The notes under the pieces were generated by a model. That model saw only the letters and a program-made list of their open reading frames with translations. It was not told the DNA's origin and did no database searches. Shown here in pieces: positions 60,282 through 64,000 of a DNA stretch of 64,000 bases. Position numbers and translations under genes: made by a program. The number at the start of each line of letters is the position of its first letter. Within the stretch, counting starts at the first letter, position 1. Source of the stretch: Candidatus Poribacteria bacterium (lineage in GTDB: Bacteria; Poribacteria; WGA-4E; WGA-3G); the NCBI GenBank assembly GCA_964291315.2, contig OZ219753.1:2816001-2880000 (forward strand). The letters are read 5' to 3'.

Positions 60282-61331
60282 CTACCAATTATCTCTCGTG
60301 ACGTAGAGGGTTCGGTTTTGCATCGGAAGCGAGACACGCTTGCCGCCCAGTCGATGGGATTCAATCATGCCCATGAGCATCTCTTGACTGCGTCGGGCAA
60401 GGTGGACGGGCCCTTTCGTCTCGCGGTCTTCGTCGAGGGCTTCGGCAATGTCAGTGATTCCCATGAGCGTGCCGGTGGCGCGGGAAGTCTCTGGAAACGG
60501 CGCTTCTTCGAAGAAGGTTCCACTCTTTTTTCGAAATTGGATGTCCCTGCTGTTATTTTGCACACGGATCTTACCGCCGGTGCCGCAGACCTCATGTTCT
60601 GGGCCGGTACCTGCGGTATTATAGCCGTGGACCCCGTTGGAAAAACGGATGTAACCCGAGGCGATTCCGGGGTCGACGTTGAGGCGGTTGCCGTCCCAGT
60701 CTGAATCTTTGCATAGGATCGTGCCTTGAACGAAGTCTACCTCTGGATCGCCCGCGAGGAAAAGAAGCATGTCGGCGGCATGCGTCAAGCCCCAGAGAGC
60801 GGAGCTCACCCCGTATTGGGCGATGGTACATTGGACATCACCGATTTCGCCTGCTTCCACGAGTTCACGGACTCTCCGATAGAGTGGCATGTAGCGGCGC
60901 TGCGTGCCGTAGTTGAATTTGACCCCGTGTTTTTGAACGATATCTACCATGGTGTCCGCTTCTTCCATAGAGCAACAGAGCGGTTTCTCACAATAGATAC
61001 CTTTGACGTTGTTTTCGGCGGCAAAGACGGTGATGTCGGCGTGTGGCCCGGGTCGCGTGGCGATACAGACGATGTCGGGTTTCTCTTTTTGGATCATCTC
61101 TTCATAATCGGTATAAGCGCGCTCCGCGCCGTAGCGTTGGCGGATGGTCTCGGCTTTTTCGGCGAAGACATCGGAGACGGCGACAAGGTTGGTCCGTTCA
61201 CAGGCAACGGCAGCGGCAGCGTGTGAGAACGGTTGCCAAATAAAGCTATCGGGCCTGTCTGCGACTTCGTCGTCTATGGTTGCACCCATTCGTCCGCATC
61301 CGATGAGGCAGGTTTTGTATGTACGTGGCAT
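60282..61331 (-). CDS. Gfo/Idh/MocA family oxidoreductase
   Basis: IGCGRMG, CEKP; ATG at 61331 after GGAGA. Confidence 0.9.
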   Translation of the reverse strand: MPRTYKTCLIGCGRMGATIDDEVADRPDSFIWQPFSHAAAAVACERTNLVAVSDVFAEKAETIRQRYGAERAYTDYEEMIQKEKPDIVCIATRPGPHADITVFAAENNVKGIYCEKPLCCSMEEADTMVDIVQKHGVKFNYGTQRRYMPLYRRVRELVEAGEIGDVQCTIAQYGVSSALWGLTHAADMLLFLAGDPEVDFVQGTILCKDSDWDGNRLNVDPGIASGYIRFSNGVHGYNTAGTGPEHEVCGTGGKIRVQNNSRDIQFRKKSGTFFEEAPFPETSRATGTLMGITDIAEALDEDRETKGPVHLARRSQEMLMGMIESHRLGGKRVSLPMQNRTLYVTRDNW

Positions 61332-61423
61332 GGTTTTCTCCGGTAAACATAGGTAGTGATAAGGTTGAAGGTTAGGCACAAGATTCTTGAGCGATCAGCT
61401 ATCTGTGTCCAAAATTTTTTAAT

Positions 61424-61452
61424 ATGTTATAAGGATCCGAAGTCCTTGTCAA
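61424..61452 (-). promoter_or_regulatory. Sigma70-type promoter for the 61331 gene
   Basis: TTGACA-N17-TAACAT. Confidence 0.55.
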
Positions 61453-61464
61453 GTCTATGCAGAA

Positions 61465-62919
61465 TCATTCGCCGGTGTAGAGTTTCCCAAAATAAGGTCG
61501 GAAGCCTGCGGGTCCGGGGTATCCGTTCCAATAGGTTGGGTTGGCGGGGAATGGTTCTTCGCCGCCGCTGCGGAGCCATGCCATTAGTGCTGGATCGGTG
61601 CCGCGGTGTTCTATTTCATCGAGAGCGTCGGCGTGCAGTTTGGCAACAATATCGGGATGTTCGCTCGCGATGTCCTCCAATTCGCCGAGTCGGACGAGTC
61701 TTGAATTTTGAGGTTTTATGCCGACTTCTAAGCTCCATTCACGATTAAAAACGGTGAACAGGTTGATGTTCGGGTTTTGTGTGGCGTTTGCCCATCGCTC
61801 GATGCTTCCGCCTGAGAGCGCGAGTTCCCTTTTCCCGGATGCCCGGTTGCGTGCAGGCGTTAATATATCATGTCCTTCGATGCTGTCAGGATGCTCTGCC
61901 CCTAAGAGATTGAGGATTGTCGGGAAGAAATCTTGGGGTTGAACGATAACATTACTTCTGCCTGTGTCTGCTTCGGGGAGCCGGATAAAGAGTGGCACAT
62001 GTGCTTCCTGTTGACGAACGGGCTGTGCTTTGCCAAATCTGCCGCGTTCCCCTACGTTTGTGCCGTGGTCAGCAGTAAAGATGACGGCGGTATTTTTGTC
62101 AAGTCCGGTAGTTTCAAGTGCGTCAAGGAATTGCCCGAAACAGTGGTCCATCCATGTTGTTTTCGCGGCGTATTGTGCTTTGATGTGTTGTTTGGCTTCG
62201 GTTGAGAGGTTTGCATTCCCTCTGGCTCCAAGGCTGCGCGGATCAACACGTCCGTCGTAACCTGGACGGGTGTCGTATTTTTTCATGAATTCAGGCGGAG
62301 AATCCCAGGGTTCATGGGGATCGAAGCAGTCTACCCAGAGGAAAAAGTTGTCCCGTTTGGCGTTGTCTTTGAGGAATTGTGCGGCGGTGTTAAAGAGTCT
62401 TGCACAGTTCCAATCTTCTGGTTTTTTGCGATGTCGGTTGGCGCGTGCGTAGCTCCGGAGCATGCCTGATTCAGCTGCTTTGTCATCGATGCAATCAAAG
62501 AGTGGTTGCCGGTTCCAGTTGTCGGGCCATGTTACGGTATCGGAGATCCAATCTCTGTCGACTTCTGCCCCGCGAACGAATGTCCATGCGTGAAAGGGCC
62601 AGTCGAAATTATGTCCACCGTTGACGAGATGCGGTGTATCGTGAATGAGCTGTGTGGCGTAACCGTTCTCTGCAAGCGTCGATGGTAACGTTTTGCGTTC
62701 GTGCCGGAGTGGTTTCCATGGATGGATTGGTGCGCCGTATTGTCCGGTGATGACGTCTGTTCGATAAGGGATGGTTGGGAAACTGGCGCAGAAAGTGTAG
62801 TCGAATGCTAGGGCTGTGGAGGCGAATCGGTCGATGTTGGGTGTTTCTATCCAATCATTTCCGTTTGCCCCGATGTAGTCGTAGCGGAGTGTATCAATAA
62901 CGATATAGGCGATGTTCAT
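61465..62919 (-). CDS. Sulfatase / alkaline phosphatase superfamily hydrolase with Thr at the nucleophile position
   Basis: IDTLRYD, TPNID, TIPYR..ITG, DPHEPW, TADHG. Confidence 0.85.
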   Translation of the reverse strand: MNIAYIVIDTLRYDYIGANGNDWIETPNIDRFASTALAFDYTFCASFPTIPYRTDVITGQYGAPIHPWKPLRHERKTLPSTLAENGYATQLIHDTPHLVNGGHNFDWPFHAWTFVRGAEVDRDWISDTVTWPDNWNRQPLFDCIDDKAAESGMLRSYARANRHRKKPEDWNCARLFNTAAQFLKDNAKRDNFFLWVDCFDPHEPWDSPPEFMKKYDTRPGYDGRVDPRSLGARGNANLSTEAKQHIKAQYAAKTTWMDHCFGQFLDALETTGLDKNTAVIFTADHGTNVGERGRFGKAQPVRQQEAHVPLFIRLPEADTGRSNVIVQPQDFFPTILNLLGAEHPDSIEGHDILTPARNRASGKRELALSGGSIERWANATQNPNINLFTVFNREWSLEVGIKPQNSRLVRLGELEDIASEHPDIVAKLHADALDEIEHRGTDPALMAWLRSGGEEPFPANPTYWNGYPGPAGFRPYFGKLYTGE

Positions 62920-62964
62920 TTTTATTGTTCCTTTATTACGGTATGGCAGCGCATGCGTGTGAGT

Positions 62965-63711
62965 TTACCATTTCGGAATTGCACCGAGCAGGAGTTTCTG
63001 TTGCGGTGTGCCTTCTTCTCGGAGTTTTGTGACGCGCGGGCCATCGAAGGGTTCCCTAGATTTCATCCATGCATTTTGATAGCACATGAGACAGACGCGT
63101 CGGTGTTGTGATGACGTATTGGCAGCTCCTCGGTGCCACGTCCATCCATCGAACATGACTGCTTGCCCTGGGGATACGAGGATCCGTTTCTCGTCTGGAA
63201 GTTCTACGGGACTCGGCGGTGGACGGAACGGGGCCCTATGGCTCCCGGGCTGGATGACAGTGGGGCCGGTATCATTGGTGATCTCGTCGAGGTAGTATCC
63301 GCAGTTAATCTGTGCGGGGAGACTGCCGTAAGGCGTTCCGTGTGGTGCTACGGGCCACGGTCCATCGCGATGCCAATTCTGGTCAGTCGTTCCGGGTTCA
63401 GTGATACGCGCCGTCGCGCTGTGCAGCTGTATGCAGGTGCCGAGGATGGCCTCTATTCGTCTGAGAACGGTTGGATTGTCGAGTAAAAACGCGAACCGTT
63501 TGTCTTCTTCAAGCAGTTCCCCGATGAATTGGCTTTTATTGTTGCGTTCGTAGCTTTCATCGAGTGCTTCGCGCAGCGATTCGATCTGCTGGGGTGTTAC
63601 TGCGTTATCGATGATGAGATACCCCCAATTCAGGAAGAAGTTGACCTCCTGTTGCAGCGCGGGGTCCGATTCAACGTTGAGCGTTGCGGGGACGACGCTT
63701 GGATTAACCAT
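62965..63711 (-). CDS. PhyH-family Fe(II)/2OG dioxygenase
   Basis: WHRD, GPTVIQPGSH, WHRGAAN...R. Confidence 0.9.
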   Translation of the reverse strand: MVNPSVVPATLNVESDPALQQEVNFFLNWGYLIIDNAVTPQQIESLREALDESYERNNKSQFIGELLEEDKRFAFLLDNPTVLRRIEAILGTCIQLHSATARITEPGTTDQNWHRDGPWPVAPHGTPYGSLPAQINCGYYLDEITNDTGPTVIQPGSHRAPFRPPPSPVELPDEKRILVSPGQAVMFDGWTWHRGAANTSSQHRRVCLMCYQNAWMKSREPFDGPRVTKLREEGTPQQKLLLGAIPKW

Positions 63712-63714
63712 CGC

Positions 63715-64000
63715 TCATTTCTCCTTTATTGCTTGTCGGTCGGCGGCCGCCCATTCCGTCCATCGTTCTTCATCGGAGTGCAGGAAGCCGGAGTTGCATC
63801 GAGGCTGAAGGTTTTCATCTACCCCCAGAAGTCGCATGTGTTGATGGTTATTGGCGGCTTTTGCGGTTTCTAGCAACTCCTGTGTGTGTGTGCCGGTGTG
63901 ATGGTCGGTGTGTTTCAGCCATGTCAGATTATAATAGATACTGAAGAAATAGCGTAACTTTCCAGAGGTATTCGGTGTGCCGGAGTGAATGAGTCCATTA
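63715..64000 (-). CDS. PhyH-family dioxygenase, 3' part; starts beyond the window
   Basis: Translated by hand: ...NGLIHSGTPNTSGKLRYFFSIYYNLTWLKH...RLLG...KEK*; stop at 63715-63717. Confidence 0.7.
   Translation of the reverse strand, partial: NGLIHSGTPNTSGKLRYFFSIYYNLTWLKHTDHHTGTHTQELLETAKAANNHQHMRLLGVDENLQPRCNSGFLHSDEERWTEWAAADRQAIKEK

Noticed and set aside
63881-63892. (TG)6 microsatellite as a phase-variation tract
   Set aside because: It is short, in frame (G-T-H-T-Q) and near the 3' end of a metabolic gene.

Overview
A 64-kb chromosomal segment of a bacterium, most likely Candidatus Poribacteria. This is an inference from five PhyH-family dioxygenases, a LamG protein and two lamin-tail-domain proteins ending in a shared (K/Q)LxTxWxx(I/L)K tail, a DUF6785-type membrane protein and a sulfatase-fold protein. 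I found about 46 CDSs, mostly on the minus strand, and no rRNA, tRNA, CRISPR array, transposase or prophage genes. The main blocks are: an orphan DNA methyltransferase, dtd and exported proteins (0-8 kb); a glycogen cluster with glgC, hisB, glgP, a DUF2582 wHTH gene, a GT3-like synthase and a GH13_8-like glgB (8-18 kb); sugar isomerases and nadC (19-23.6 kb); two tandem paralogous ~920-960 aa secreted lamin-tail proteins (24-29.7 kb); two tandem near-identical dnaN genes (29.8-32.2 kb); oxidoreductases, a double-length uvrA, era and trpB (32-51 kb); a Fic plus type III restriction-modification island (51.6-59.2 kb); and MoxR, Gfo/Idh/MocA, a sulfatase-like gene and PhyH genes. The strongest lead is the duplicated sliding clamp, where 3 of the 12 amino-acid differences align with partner-binding-cleft residues. 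Other leads are the mosaic tandem surface proteins with a candidate C-terminal sorting signal, the hybrid glycogen pathway, a ~111-bp MITE-like inverted-repeat family, and a possibly phase-variable mod gene. All calls come from reading motifs by eye; no database search was run.
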